Below, in pieces: positions 25,380 through 38,507 of a DNA stretch of 64,000 nt (positions are counted from its first letter, which is position 1; the number at the start of each line of letters is the position of its first letter). The position numbers and the translations under genes were made by a program. Source of the DNA: Eukaryota sp. TZLM1-RC (lineage: Eukaryota > Protista > Metamonada: BaSk clade); NCBI GenBank assembly GCA_040285825.1, contig JAUPSS010000008.1, positions 868,001-932,000 of the forward strand. Reading direction: 5' to 3'. Under the pieces are notes generated by a model. It saw only the letters and a list, made by a program, of their open reading frames with translations, was not told where the DNA came from and searched no databases.

Positions 25380-26975
25380 TGTTGATTATTTGTATTTATA
25401 CTAGTGTAAAGGCGGTCTTGGTGTTCCAGAATTTACCTGATCGTATAAAGAATGTCAAATTCCGAAATATTATGATTTTGACTAGAAAACATTATCTGAA
25501 TTGATTGAACAAAGAAGGTTTTTATAAAATCGGAAATTTAATCTAATTGGAAATTTGGAAAATTATCATTCAAAAGAAATATATTACCATATATTTAAAT
25601 TGGAATACAAATTATTTCCAGATTCACAAAAGGTGAAAATCAAAGCAGAATTGACACATTCATGGAGTTAAAAGTACAATCTTCATTGAACAACGTCATA
25701 TTAAACTGAGAAAATATGAACACTAATCATCATTGTTTGTTCATGTTAATTGATCTTGGTACAGGACTTATTGAGTTTGCAGTAAATTTTTCTCTGAATG
25801 TATGGACCACTGCTGATAACCTATACTGATCGAAAATTTTGTTCAGTATCACCTCTATCTGCAACGAATTGACCTCCCAACAGCAAGAGAACATCAGTCA
25901 TTCTGTCTCTTGGTTACACCAAAAGGTAACTTCATCCCATTTTGGGAGAATGTTATTTGGGTCATAGGTGTGGTCACCTATGTTACTTTCGCTCTCCGTT
26001 TGAGGAGCATTCTTCACGAGTGAAGTGCTACTTTCCTCAAGGGGAAGATTACTCTTCCGCGAGGAAGGACTCTTCTTATGTGGAGGAATACTCTTCTTAA
26101 TAGGAGGGATGTGACTGCTAACATCATGCCCGTTTGAGCCATCAATTAATGATGCCTGTGTCATAATGAAAACAGCTAAAAGGTAAAGATAAGTTTATTC
26201 AATTTCACTGGCCCTTATAAAGGCCATCACTACCGAACTCTATACTAGAGTAATTGTCCACATTGCAACAATTTGACGGAAAAGGTCTGATGGATCTAAA
26301 CTTATGTTTCCCGATGTGTTTATTAAGACAATCTGGTCCAGCAACATCATGTCGCTTTTCATGCAATTGTCCAAGTTATCAAACTCCAGAAATACATAAT
26401 AGACCTAAACGGAGCCATGCTTTAATTTTAAATAATTTGTTTAACCTCCAACTTCCTTTCCTAGATCATTATGATGTTTACTGTAACTTATTCGAATACA
26501 TCAATCATTATGTTAATATTGGTTTGGCTGCGAAAGATTTGAGACCTGGTTCTATTCTCATCACAAAAGGGATAATGAAAACAAAAGGAAAGCAGCCTTA
26601 ATTTGTGAGTTAACCTCTTTGATGGAACAATATTTATGCAGTAAACATATATGAAAAGTACAAAACAATAGAGTCTTGAATTGTAATTGTCAAAATTAAT
26701 TTTTTTTGAATCATTTCCTGTTGAAGTTTCAGCAAGAGAAATAGTTGCTAATAGCTGCTTTTCATTAATGGAAAGATTACTCATTCCAGAGTTTGCAGTG
26801 AAAACCAGCTGTAATTAATCAGCATTTCATCATCCCAAAAGCTTGTACCGCAACCAAAAAATCTAGGATTTGGTTGTATGATGGAGTAGGATAAGTTGAA
26901 AACCATGGGCAGTGATTTAAAAATGTCGCAAGCTCAATATTTCAGTTGATTGTTAATAGGAAAAAATGTTTTTCG
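25380..26975 (+). mobile_element. Degraded RLE non-LTR family E copy, interrupted at 25840-26270
   Basis: GGLG thumb motif near 25410; collinear with 13597-14460. Confidence 0.7.
25840..26270 (-). mobile_element. One-LTR truncated relative of family 1 (121-bp LTR 26150-26270 plus gag start)
   Basis: LTR shares GTGATGGCCTTTATAAGGGCC and the GCATCA end with family 1; gag MTQASLIDG resembles MDKASLING; ATTT on both flanks. Confidence 0.85.
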
Positions 26976-27419
26976 TTATTAATCTAACGTATGTCCAGAA
27001 GACCGATATTCAACGTTTACCTTTAGAACACCGAAATTTATTTTAGTCATAATTTGTTGTAGAATATAGTTGAAGTATTCTTTAGTGAAGATGTGGGATT
27101 TTGAGATTCAGAAACTCTACATTAATCTGACCCACAAGTCGTTTTGATTTTCCTCAAACACCCTCACTACTGTTTGAGAAGTTTGCTAAGCTCCTTCTTT
27201 GTTTTGGGTCTTATGGTTAAGTCAGATCACTTGAGGCTTCTTTACTAAAATGAATTTTTTTCCTTTTACAGAAATTCTGTAGTGTTGTCCTTATAAAAAA
27301 TACATATACAATTAAATTAATATAATTTATTATAATTAAATTGAGAAATAACATCCTCAAGAACAAGTCAATCAGGAAATAATAACTGTAGCAGCAACAT
27401 CATTTATTAAACACAATAA

Positions 27420-28583
27420 CTATCTTCTTTTTAACAAAGGGCTTTCTACTGGAACAACTATTTTACCAAAACTTCGCTTAACATTTTCAGTAATAATATC
27501 AAGGTTAAGTGAATCTCCGAAAATTTCTCCCAAATTCAGTTCAGGACAAACACCAAACACATCACTAGCCTTTAAATTCTTTTGAACTTCCAACTGTTTT
27601 TCAAGTTCTGGATCACAAGCCCAGCTAGGAACGGGACCAGGAAGAGTCGCACCAAAAGAAAGAGTCTTATCTACTGTATCTTCTTCCTTTTTCCGTTCCT
27701 CGCGCATTTTACTCAATAAATTATTGTATTTTCCTTTTGGAGCTGCTGCTGAAACTGGTGCTGAAACTGCATTGAGAGTGGTTGGGGGTGTTGGTCTTGA
27801 CTTTGTTGACTCTGGTTTTAATGGAGTTTTTCCTTTAGAAATAGGTATTTTTCTGCTAGAAACTGGTTTGCTTGGGGTACAATCATTAGCACCAGACTTA
27901 GCATTAACATTATTGGAACCAGCTAGTCTTAATGCACGTTCCTGCCGTTCCCTCATTTTCAGTTTCCTTTCTTCTTCTCTTTTCTTTCTTTCCCTTGCTT
28001 GCTCAGCTGCTTTCTGAGCCTGTGCAAGAGCAGGAACATTGGGTCGCTTTATTTTGGGTTCCTGTCGACTAGAAGACAAAGACTTTCGCGGGGAAGCTAA
28101 CAGAGTGCTTGTACATTTGAGATTGGATAAATGGGAAGTTTTTGTAGGAACAGTTGGCCTTTTCTGAGGTATTGACTTTGTACATGTCTGTTTAGGACGA
28201 GAATCAGGTGTGATGGTCTTAATAGCCTTAGGTGGAGAACTAGAGGGTTGACTCTGAAAATGATTTGGTGGTGATTTCTTTGGAGATGTTACAACAGTTG
28301 ATGGTCGCTCTGGTGACTGAAAACGATGCGGAGGTGTTGAAGGTACGCTTGAACATTGGACTGGTGTAGATGGTATAGGATCGTGTAATGTCAATGGAGA
28401 CAAAGGAGGAGGAATGTGTGATACAAAGTTCTCACCGAGAAGCTGAGCAAGTTTGGAAGGTAGCGGTGGAGGATTATTGTTCAAATGAACTTTAAGCTGA
28501 TGATCATCAACAAAGGTCTTCAATTTCCGTATACCATCAATATAAAGAACTTGAAGGGAATTGACAGCATCTGCGAGACACAT
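27420..28583 (-). CDS. INCENP: INCENP-like chromosomal passenger protein
   Basis: S/T-P-rich region, charged helix, C-terminal IN-box VPSWA..L..QL..Q..DVFG..LNLGEIF. Confidence 0.75.
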   Translation of the reverse strand: MCLADAVNSLQVLYIDGIRKLKTFVDDHQLKVHLNNNPPPLPSKLAQLLGENFVSHIPPPLSPLTLHDPIPSTPVQCSSVPSTPPHRFQSPERPSTVVTSPKKSPPNHFQSQPSSSPPKAIKTITPDSRPKQTCTKSIPQKRPTVPTKTSHLSNLKCTSTLLASPRKSLSSSRQEPKIKRPNVPALAQAQKAAEQARERKKREEERKLKMRERQERALRLAGSNNVNAKSGANDCTPSKPVSSRKIPISKGKTPLKPESTKSRPTPPTTLNAVSAPVSAAAPKGKYNNLLSKMREERKKEEDTVDKTLSFGATLPGPVPSWACDPELEKQLEVQKNLKASDVFGVCPELNLGEIFGDSLNLDIITENVKRSFGKIVVPVESPLLKRR

Positions 28584-28626
28584 CAATAAATTGAAAAAAA
28601 TGAAAAAGGGGCATATAAATTCTAAT

Positions 28627-28689
28627 CCCTATGACGAACTGTTTGCCGCCCCAGTCTTATGGGTAATGATGATAGGCTTCTTCTGAGGG
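28627..28689 (+). ncRNA. Box C/D snoRNA (snR67/SNORD31-like), copy 1
   Basis: Terminal stem CCCT/AGGG, box C ATGACGA, D' CTTA, C' ATGATGA, box D CTGA; guide TGCCGCCCCAGT complementary to the LSU P-loop ACUGGGGCGGCA. Confidence 0.85.
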
Positions 28690-28729
28690 ATCTCTTTCAA
28701 CAACTGTTTCTATCCTTTGGATATATTTG

Positions 28730-28791
28730 CCCTATGATGAATTGATGCCGCCCCAGTCTTATGGGTAATGATGATAGGCTCGTACTGAGGG
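28730..28791 (+). ncRNA. Box C/D snoRNA (snR67/SNORD31-like), copy 2
   Basis: Same architecture, box C ATGATGA, identical D' guide, different D guide. Confidence 0.87.
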
Positions 28792-29064
28792 TTTACTAGT
28801 ATAACAACTGTTTCAGACATCAGTTTTGCATTGTCATTAACTGCAAAATGGGTCCCTGTTCCAAAAACTGTTTCCGCTAGACAAATTGTAGTGCAGTTTT
28901 TGCGTTTTTCTTGATGTAGCTCTGTTATCTGGAGGTTTTCGATCCATTCAATGTGGTTGGAATTCATTGGTGAATAAATCATCAAGTCGTTCCATTTGTA
29001 AATATTCACCTTCATAAGTTGAAGAATCAAATTTATTCATGTTCTTCTGAAAAACTAAAACAAT

Positions 29065-29430
29065 ATTTATTGAACATGCGCACTTATAAAATTAATTCAT
29101 AACTGATGGGGCGAAATTCATTGAACCAAAATTTCCTCTACAAAAACTTGATCTGCTTGCTGTCTCGCTGAAGGTTCTCTAATTCGATTGAAAAACAGAG
29201 GTAATCTATTGATAATGGCAAATTGAATCCGAGAGCGCCATAAAAAGATATCAAATCTTTTCATTGTTTTTTCTTGAACCATTGTTTGGAAGTCATTCAA
29301 AAAATTTGCTGCTTCTACTGATAGTCTTCCGTTTATCGAAAATGGGAAAGGAATAAAAACTAGCTGTGTATTTCTACCAGCATTGTCTTCTTCGATATCT
29401 TTGTCATATTTTCTATGTTTTTCTTTTGAC
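29065..29430 (-). mobile_element. CRE-like family B 3' fragment
   Basis: KEKHRKYDKDIEE..FLWRSRIQFAIINRLP..EEILVQ* plus the conserved 3' tail. Confidence 0.88.
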
Positions 29431-29673
29431 AACATAGCAATCCATGACAAGTAACCCATTTTGCATTCTGTTCCTAAATTCAAGTTCTTGTTTTTGTTCC
29501 TTGAGTTGGTCTAATTGTTTCCTTAGTTCTTTAATATTCAAATGTCAACTAATGTTGAAATCTGATGTTCCTAAATTCATTGTCGATATCATTGTTGTAA
29601 GGACTCTGATGAAGAAGGGTAAATAAAAAAACAGAAAAAATATTTATAACAATAATTTACTATTTACTAATAA

Positions 29674-32600
29674 CTACAAGCTGTCATATTGAGTTGTTCT
29701 GAAACGGGCAGGAACCCACTGAAATTAGAATAAGAAAAAACGACAAACCTTGGGGATACGTTGAGGGTTCTTCTTAAAGAAAACAAAGGCATATGCACCA
29801 CCACCGATAGCACCAGTTAAGAAAACAAAGAGGAAAATCCAACCAAAGATAGTTCCAGCAGTATAATGACCAAGAGAACGATATGCGTTAATGGTGAAGG
29901 AACATCCATTGGTTTCACCAAAGATGGTTAGATAAATACGACCAACATGAAGATTCATGTCATCACCCATAATTCTAATAGAGGTTTGAAGCTCACCTCC
30001 CCAAACATGATTCCAGTCATCAGGGTGTACATTTGAGTCAGAAGCCCAGATGGTCAAACCAGAAAGGCAGTCATAGGAGCTATCACCAGCAGGAGAAAGG
30101 GCAATATCAATAAAGCCATTCTTTTTCATTGTAGAGTAAAGTTCAGTGTCAATTCTAATGTTGAAATGACGGCGTTCATTATGGAAAACAGAGTAAGGAA
30201 GACGAGAGTCAAATGGAAGGTGAATTGATGTGTAGTGAGCAACTTCAAACATATTGAAATTGTCATGACCCTTGACAGTCATCAAGAAAGTTCCAGCAGC
30301 TCCACGCACCTCAGATCCTCTGATGGCATCTTCATGTAGAATTGTAATGAATTTAGTGCCGTCATCATAGTGAAGATCCTTAAGAGCAAATTCATAGTTG
30401 TGGGGTCCTGGGATGTCGGTAGAGGAGACAAAAACATTGAGAGAACCATGGCCATCAACAGTACCAATCGGCTTAATAGCTGTAACTTCGATGAAGTGGT
30501 CAGCATCGTGGGCATCACTTCTAAACATATACATGTTTTGGGATGTTGGTGGAACAAAATCAATATATGGACGATCGTCAGTCATAGGGCTAATGCTGTT
30601 GGCGATAACTGTATACTCCAAGAGTTCACTATCATTACCAAGATTCATCACAGTCATATAGTAAGAACCAAGATCATGACGATAAGAGTAATCATCAGCA
30701 TCCACAATAACAGCACCGCTAGTGGGAGTAACCATCCAATCGTAATTTTCTTCATCGGGATTCTCATCGTGAGACGAAATATATAATGCAAGTGGGGAGT
30801 CTTCAGGTGCATGTAATCCAAAAGTCATTGTAACACCATCAGAGTGCCAATCAGCTTCAGGAGGGAAGAAGTAGTGCTCAATAGCGTTGGGTTGAAGGAA
30901 ATGTTTGAAACCAACACCAGGTTTAAGAGGGGTATGACGATCAGTGAAGACAGTAACCTTGAACTTACATTTAGAGGTGCCCCGAACAGAAAAGTAAATT
31001 GTGGCGTCTTCACCAAAATCAAACTCGTCCTTGGAAATGATGATCTCACGACTGTAACCAGCACCAACACCGCGCCATTCGTGGAAGTTCCTATGGGAGG
31101 TAGGAATGCGTTCTGTGGAAGCAAAAAGATCTAAATAGCCATCCCCATCAGTTGTGGCAAGAATATGAGCATCATAACTGGTCATATGAGCTGGGAAATC
31201 GATAGCAAACGTTTCATATTCATCTTTTTCTAAATGCCCATGGAGAGTTTCGTAAAGATCAATATCATAAACAAAAGAGACCAAGAGGTTGATGTCAGAG
31301 GGAGGAGCCCCGGCAGCATCGTCTTTAGGAATGATTTTCATAAAATAACGAACATGTTGTCCCATTTCAAAGGATTCATGACATTCAACATATCCCCAAC
31401 TGGTGGCACATTGAGATTCTTCAACAAGGGGATCCTCATGATGCCCCATGAAAAGATAATTCGTAGCATCACGTTCACGAGCATCAGAAAAAACTACTTC
31501 AGCTGCAATGAATCTAACAGGTTGCTCGGCAATTCTGCTAAAAACAAAGAGCCCACCCTCTCGAGATGAAGGGATAGTGACAACTGATTCATAACCTTCA
31601 TGTATAAATGTGTGCTTTTGAGACACCATGAAGGAATATTGAGTGGGTACCCATAATGAAGCCATTGTTGACTCAATACCAAAGAAAGCTTCACCATCGA
31701 TGAACTCAAGAGCATTGAAATGAAGTGTGGAACCAATTTCCATGTAGCTAACATCATCGTAATCTTCAGGTCCAGGGAAGATATTGTGGGTACCATGACT
31801 GAGATAGAGTTGAGCTTCGCGGTTCTCGTAACTTTCAGATGCAATAATGGTGAGTGGTATCGAAGAAGAATCATCAATGCCATGAAAAGCGTAGTGACGA
31901 ACACATCCTTGGAAAACAGAACCTGAGATCTCCTTGAATTGTTCAATCTCTTCGATTTCATTTTCCATGTTACCAATGAGGGTCACCATTTCACCAGATT
32001 TTCCTTTGATTCCTATGTACATTGTACCAGGACTTCTGAGGTCATAAGAAAATTCATCTTCACCATCTTCTAATTTCCAAGAATAATTTTCTTCTGTTGG
32101 ATGGGCATAAGTTTGAGAAAGGTAAATACCGTCAATATGACTCATTTCATCCACCACAACCATCAAGTTAAACAAACCAGGTTGGCAGACGGGATAGCCG
32201 AAGAAAAGGCGACCGTCGTCATTAATGTCTGATGCAGTAGGAATTTCCTCTATCATAGGAACAAACGCATATCCAGAGACAGTGTAATCCATATCCATTT
32301 CACCTGTGGCAACGAGAGCGATATAAAAGCGACCAGGAAAGTAACCCTTATCACCGGGTGACATGGTAAAGAGGTTGGTACCAGACCAGCTACTGTGAGA
32401 TAGAAAATTAAACAAACCTAGCATTCCAAGCAGCGGGATAGGGGTCTTGCGAAAGCAAGATTCGGACAGGCAACTCGGCATCAATGGCAACAATGAGTTT
32501 CTCATGTTGAGCAACGTCGATATAGTAGAAGCCACGAGCGTTGTCACGTGAGAATGATCCAGGAATTGGAACACCGTATTCAAGGAATGTGTGACCATAG

Positions 32601-32677
32601 TCATCATTACTGTACTGCAACGAGGCAGCACAACAAGAGACGACCAAGACGAAGAAAGCAAGAAGAGACAGCTTCAT
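29674..32677 (-). CDS. About 980-aa type-I membrane protein with repeated beta-rich ectodomain modules; two introns
   Basis: Signal peptide MKLSLLAFFVLVVSCCAA; introns 32390-32417 and 29719-29748; one C-terminal TM helix; tail ends TQYDSL*. Confidence 0.8.
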
Positions 32678-32829
32678 GCTCAGTGATAAGAAAATACTGA
32701 ATTTCTTGAATGTAATCAATCATCATTGTATGGCGCCACAGTGATGTGTTTTTCACCAATGACTATGACTATGCAATAACTTTATGACATGTCTTTCCTG
32801 TTTGTTCACTTTGGATAAACACTCTTATT

Positions 32830-33260
32830 TCCATTCAAACGTCAAATACTAGAAATGATTTCAAAAGCAGAAATTGTATCAAGTTCATAACCCAATTTAG
32901 ATATAAGATTATTTACTTTGTCAGTACTTTTGGGAACTTTCCAGGACAGCATCCTGGAAATGAAAAGCTTCAGAAGAGTAGTTAACAAAATGAATTTGAA
33001 CATCATCAATAATTGAACTATTCTTCACATTTTCAATGAGAAGACTTTTGTCTAGATTAAACAAAAGACCAATGATTTTGTAATTGAAGCTTTAGAAGCA
33101 ATTTCATTCAAAGCATCCAGAGGACCAATAATTGCAATCTCATCCATATGTCTTGATGTATAATGTTCACTAAAATGAATTAGGGACTTGTGAATTGCTA
33201 AACATAACAATAGATGTCCAAGAGGATCACCTTGTTTACCTCCAGTAGATAAAAAAGTTT
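32830..33260 (-). mobile_element. Decayed CRE-like RT fragment
   Basis: QGDPLG and HMDEIAIIGP motifs on the minus strand. Confidence 0.6.
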
Positions 33261-34084
33261 CTTGAATTTATGGAAGCATCAATCCAGAACTTCCAATTTG
33301 GCTTAGGACAGCAGAAATTTTCTACAGGGTGAAGTTTTTCGAATTTTCTTACTGTTTCATCAGAAGGTTCAGCCAATGGAGAAGAAAGTAGCTTTCTTAG
33401 CTGAACCGTAACTACCTCTAAGACACATTCTCCTCACCAATTTGGATTTTAGTGAAGGTGAAGTTGAAATTCGCCATTTACTTATTTTTTTCAAAAAGAA
33501 ATTATTCCTTTATGAAAAAGTTCCATAAATCCCTTAGGTCCAACTTTTATGCTTCAATTGAGAAGCAAATTTTCGCATTACCAAAGACAAGGGAATGGAA
33601 CTGGTAGGACTGGTTTCGACAGGAATTTCTACATGGGGTCACAATGTGTCTACAGCAGTACAAGATTTATAAAATATAATTGGCCTACCATTGGTTGACT
33701 CAGGTTTTGAAAGCTTTTGAATAAAAAGTACATCTCCTTACATCTTGTTTAATCTTTTTTCTCTGTCAACTGGATCCTGTCTTGATCTGCTGAAGAATAC
33801 TGGCTCGCTCTGGTCATCATGAATCCCACTTCTCGAGGACCGGGACATCTGGGTTAAACTTTACTAGAAATGACAATGACTCGAGTGATACTTAGTGTTT
33901 TGTCAAAATGAAAATAATTGCTACTCAAAGATTTGACTAATTTACTATTGCATTACTCGAGTAATACTCAAGGTTTATTAGAGTACAATTCTCTTTAATA
34001 AAAGAGAATTAAATATAGAACATGTTATAGAACTTATCACCCAAAGTTGGGATTCCAACCCATGACAATACCTTAACTTCAAAC

Positions 34085-34870
34085 TCAACGTTGATTGTCA
34101 CCACTTAATGATCACCAGTGGACCACTGCAATGAGAATGAGATGTTTTCTATGGCCTTGTTCTTTACCAAATGATTTAATTTGTCGCTGCAAGAGTGTTG
34201 TTACGCTTTCCCACATTTTAGACAGTAAGTACTTCATAACTTATCGGTCAATTGTTCATGACTCAGTTCGTGATCAATTATATGCCATGTGCAAAAGTTT
34301 CAATATAGAGGCATTTACTGAGCCATTAGTACGTAAGCTGTCTTCAGATCAAACTGATGATTCCTTTAATAAAAGAAGGGCAGATTTAGTAGCTCCAGGG
34401 ATCGATGGTGTTCTCAATGTTGTAGATGTTGTCTCAGTTGATGTTTGCAAAAATTCTGCTGCTCGTTCACTGTATTCCGCTGATTCGCCGTTATCTAACG
34501 CCGAAAAAACGAAGATAAAAAAATATGAAGAACCTTTGGCACAGTTAGGTAGAGTGGAACACGTGAAATATCAGTTTGTGCCGTTTGCAATTTCTCTTTT
34601 TTGCAATATTGGACCTTCAGGGTTGCACTTTTTTGAATACTTCAAAAAAATGTTACTGAATAGGTCTGGTAAAACAATGAATTCCACTTTCTGGTTAAAT
34701 AGAATTGTTTTTTGCATTTTCAAGTCTATTCCAACAATGATTTCAAAGGCACTTTTAGCTATTGGTGTAGAATATGAACGAAATGCTGTGAGTAGGTTTA
34801 GTAATAGTGACGCTTGTTTGGATGATATTGAATTCTAGATGGGTTTTTTTATCTCAATATTTATTCCAGT
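34085..34870 (+). mobile_element. CRE-like non-LTR family C 3' fragment (zinc finger plus RLE)
   Basis: CRC..HIL..HDSVRD, RRADL, DV, K.KKY motifs. Confidence 0.85.
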
Positions 34871-35049
34871 TAAAAAAACATTGATTGTACACTAACAATT
34901 TCAGTTGCTTCACAACTCATCTTCGAGGGTTGAACTTCAGTGGCTCAATTTGGTCAATGAGTTATTCAAAGGTCAGGTATCAAATTCCCAAAGCGTCCGA
35001 AAGGAATTCTCTTTGAACAATTAAAAATAAAAACATCCAATACACAACT

Positions 35050-35490
35050 AAAGCTCCACGTCCTCAAAACCTACATCTCTCACATCGAATTAGTAAATTA
35101 CTAAAGATTCAGAAAACTTACCAAAAGAAGAACTGAAAGTGTACCAGAAATTAATTTCACCATTCCCTTTCAAATTGAAGAGACAATGCTGTTTTGACAG
35201 TGGGCATGATTGAAAATTCTTCCAAATCCTTTTCTTAACAATTACACTGAAATATTCTAGGAATGCCAAAGCAGCCTTAGCTAATGAACCGAACAAAGAA
35301 AAAACAAAGGGACATTTAATATAAGAACACGTGAATTGTCATTGACAGAAGAAAGAGGTTTCGCGTAGTTAACAGTTTTATATTTTTCTCCAGTAAAATA
35401 TTTATTGAACATGCACAAGTAATAAAATTAATTCATAACTAATGGGACGAAAATCATTAAACGAAGATTTCCTCTACAAAATCTTGATCT
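35050..35490 (-). mobile_element. Adjacent 3' tips of two CRE-like non-LTR subfamilies
   Basis: SLFGSLA..FLE.F..IVKKR-type end, followed by a family B tail (35400-35490). Confidence 0.7.
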
Positions 35491-35601
35491 CCAGTAATGA
35501 AATGTACATTAGAAGAATTGCAAGTGAAATGAAAATGACCATATTGCAACTTCTTTTTCTCATTCATGTAAGTTCCATCTGGTTCTGCTTACCTTAGAGA
35601 T

Positions 35602-36234
35602 ATGGGTCGCCGTCCAGCTCGCTGCTACCGCTATTGTAAGAACAAGCCCTATCCAAAATCTCGTTTCTGTCGTGGTGTCCCCGATCCTCGTATCAGATCC
35701 TATGATTTAGGTAACAAGAAAGCTCCCGTGGATCTGTTCCCTGCATGTGTCCATCTTCTCTCTATGGAGCGTGAACAGGTTTCTGATTGTGCTCTTGAAG
35801 CTGCACGTATCGCAGCCAACAAGTTCATGATCACCAATGTCAGTAAGGAAGGATTCCATTTACGTGTCCGTGCTCATCCCTTCCATGTCCTACGTATCAA
35901 CAAAATGCTTTCCTGTGCTGGAGCTGATAGACTCCAAACCGGTATGAGACATGCCTATGGTAAGCCTTATGGAACTGTTGCCAGAGTAGATATTGAACAA
36001 CCCCTTTTATCAATGAGATCTCGTGAATCTTCAGTCCCTAAAATGGTAGAAGCCATGCGTCGTGCCAAATACAAATTCCCTGGCCGTCAAAAGATTGTTG
36101 TTTCCTCCAAATGGGGATTCACAAACATTCCCAAAGATCAGTACCCCGAACTCAGACGATCCGGTCAAATTATTCCCGATGGTTCTAACGTTAAACTGTT
36201 GAGGTCTAAGGGACCCATTGATGTAAGGTCATAA
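35602..36234 (+). CDS. RPL10: 60S ribosomal protein L10 (uL16)
   Basis: [47 protein letters not shown]. Confidence 0.99.
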   Translation: MGRRPARCYRYCKNKPYPKSRFCRGVPDPRIRSYDLGNKKAPVDLFPACVHLLSMEREQVSDCALEAARIAANKFMITNVSKEGFHLRVRAHPFHVLRINKMLSCAGADRLQTGMRHAYGKPYGTVARVDIEQPLLSMRSRESSVPKMVEAMRRAKYKFPGRQKIVVSSKWGFTNIPKDQYPELRRSGQIIPDGSNVKLLRSKGPIDVRS

Positions 36235-37099
36235 TATGACAATGGCGAATAAACCAATAGTCTATCCGTTTACAGACAATATTCTTGTGCAGTATAGGTA
36301 CAATTATACCAAGGGTTTATGATCCTTTCTGTGTTCACATTTGTTTCAACAATAGTTGAGGATTACGCTCTCACGCATTGTATTATGATGTTATGATACA
36401 GTGTTCAAGTCGACATTTAAGTAAAGGTCTTCGTTCTCACACCCGACCTCCCCTAGATCATAAACATTTTAATGACAAGAAATTCTGTAAAACGACCAGA
36501 AAAATATGGAATGTCAGTGAATTGTGTTAATCACGTTAATCCTAATATATCAACAATAATACTATTTTTGGAAATAAGCATCATTAATAGATCTCATTAA
36601 TAAAACTTAATAATCGTATACACTGTTTGAGGAAAATTGCCTTACTTCCCATTTTCAACCAAAAACTTGCTTAATGTATAACCTTCTAGTGAGATTAGCA
36701 TGTTTCATCAAGACAGAAGATTTTTCAAAAATCTACCAAGTTACCACTTTTGAGTCCACTAGCAGCACGTTTGGTTGGACCTGTCTTGGTTTCCTCAGCG
36801 GTTGATCGCAATTCGAGTACTTTTGGATTAACCATAATACTAAATTAAATCGTTGAAGTCAAGACTGAGTAAATAAATAAAAGGTAAGCAGGGATCAAGA
36901 GTTACAGTGTTGAGTTCTATTATATAATTGTCTATTTCATACTCTCAAATGGTATTTAAGTCTGAAAAAAACTGGTTGACAAACAATTTACTTTATCATT
37001 GTTGTGCAGCTATCAAAAGAAGGTAACAAAGGTGAGGTGACTTGTTTGTCCAGTCGACATACAACTTTTGGGTAATTTCTATCAACCTCATTTTTCTGG

Positions 37100-38507
37100 A
37101 TGCGCTTTCTTGTTCCTCTAGCACTCTTTCTCTGCTGCACCTTTGCAGCTTCCAACTGGGCCGTCATAGTCGCTGGTTCTAAAGGCTATAGTAATTACAG
37201 GCATCAGTCTGATGTGTGTTGTTGTCCCTGGGTTAATCCTAGGTGTATCATGCAGTACAAATGCTTAGAAACAATGGTTACTCTGATTCAAACATCATTG
37301 TTATGCAAGAAAATGATATAGCCTTCAATGCTCGGTAAGTGTTTTTTTAGTACTCATTTCAGAAATCCAATCAAGGGTGAGGTTTACAATAACCCTGAAA
37401 TGATCAATTACTATGACAATATTCCCATGGATTATACAGGTAATGCAGTTACTCCACAAAAGTATGTTTTAATCTTCTGTTCATTTCAGCTTTTTGGCTG
37501 TTCTCTCAGGTAGAAAGGACAAAGTCGAAGGTGGCAGTGGCCGTGTTATCGAATCTGATGAAAACACTAATATCCTCGTTCTTTATTACGACCATGGTTC
37601 TCCTGGTCTTGTTGCCTTTCCCCATGGAGTTTGTTCACTCTGGCTCACTTACTAAAGGGATATCTTTACGTCAAGCCCCTCCGTGAAACCGTTGAATGGA
37701 TGTACAAAAACAAGAAGTACAATAAGATGGTATGTCTTTCAAAATAATTAACTCTAGGTTATGTATATTGAAGCTTGCGAAAGTGGATCAATGTTCCACG
37801 ATTGGAGTGATGATCTTGCAAAACTTAACGTTTATGCCGCAACTGCTGCCAATCCTGTTGAATCTAGTTATGCCCATTACTGGTCCTCAGAAGTCAGTGC
37901 CTACTTAGGTGATGAATTTTCCATCACTTACATGGAAGATATTGATGAGAATGGTGTTGACCAAACTCTTGATTATCAGTTCAAAAACGCAATTCTCTCA
38001 CGAGTCAAAGGATCGCATCCTCAGCAATACGGTAACATGACCATTGCTCAGGAACCTCTGCGCAACTATTTTGCTACTGAAAATGGAAAAACTCACTCAG
38101 CCAAGTTATTTTCCCGTAATCGTGCAAGCAATGCTGAATACGAAATTATGAACACATATGACTTAAAGCTTAGATCACTTCAAAAGGCACATGATCTCAG
38201 CAAGTCCGTCTCCGAGCGTACCCGTCTCTCTGCTTTGATTAAGGCTGAGGAAAGAAGACGTGAATGGACTGACTCCATTTTCTCGTCTCTTGTGGACTTG
38301 GTTGCTCCTGGATTCAAGTCTACTGGACTCTTAACTTACACTAAGATTGATCATGAATGTTACCAAGCATCTGTTGAAAATTTCACAGCCTCTTGTGGCG
38401 TTGTCTCTGATTATGGTATGCGTTACCTCAGAATATTTGCCAACTTGTGTGAAGTAGGTGTTCAACCTGAAGTTATTGCCCTTGCTGCTAGAGAAATCTG
38501 TCACTAA
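37100..38507 (+). CDS. LGMN: Legumain / asparaginyl endopeptidase (C13), five introns
   Basis: Signal peptide, NYRHQSDV, catalytic DHG and EACESG; introns 37214-37242, 37335-37362, 37462-37489, 37629-37657, 37730-37757 restore the frame. Confidence 0.95.

Noticed and set aside
28627-28791. CRISPR-like direct repeats
   Set aside because: Only two units, fully explained by box C/D snoRNA architecture; eukaryotic context and no cas genes.
33880-33970. TACTC repeats and palindrome ATTACTCGAGTAAT as a transposon end
   Set aside because: No partner terminus or TSD found.
36240-36470. H/ACA-like hairpins ending in ACATTT downstream of RPL10
   Set aside because: One decent stem, but box spacing is unconvincing in AT-rich DNA.
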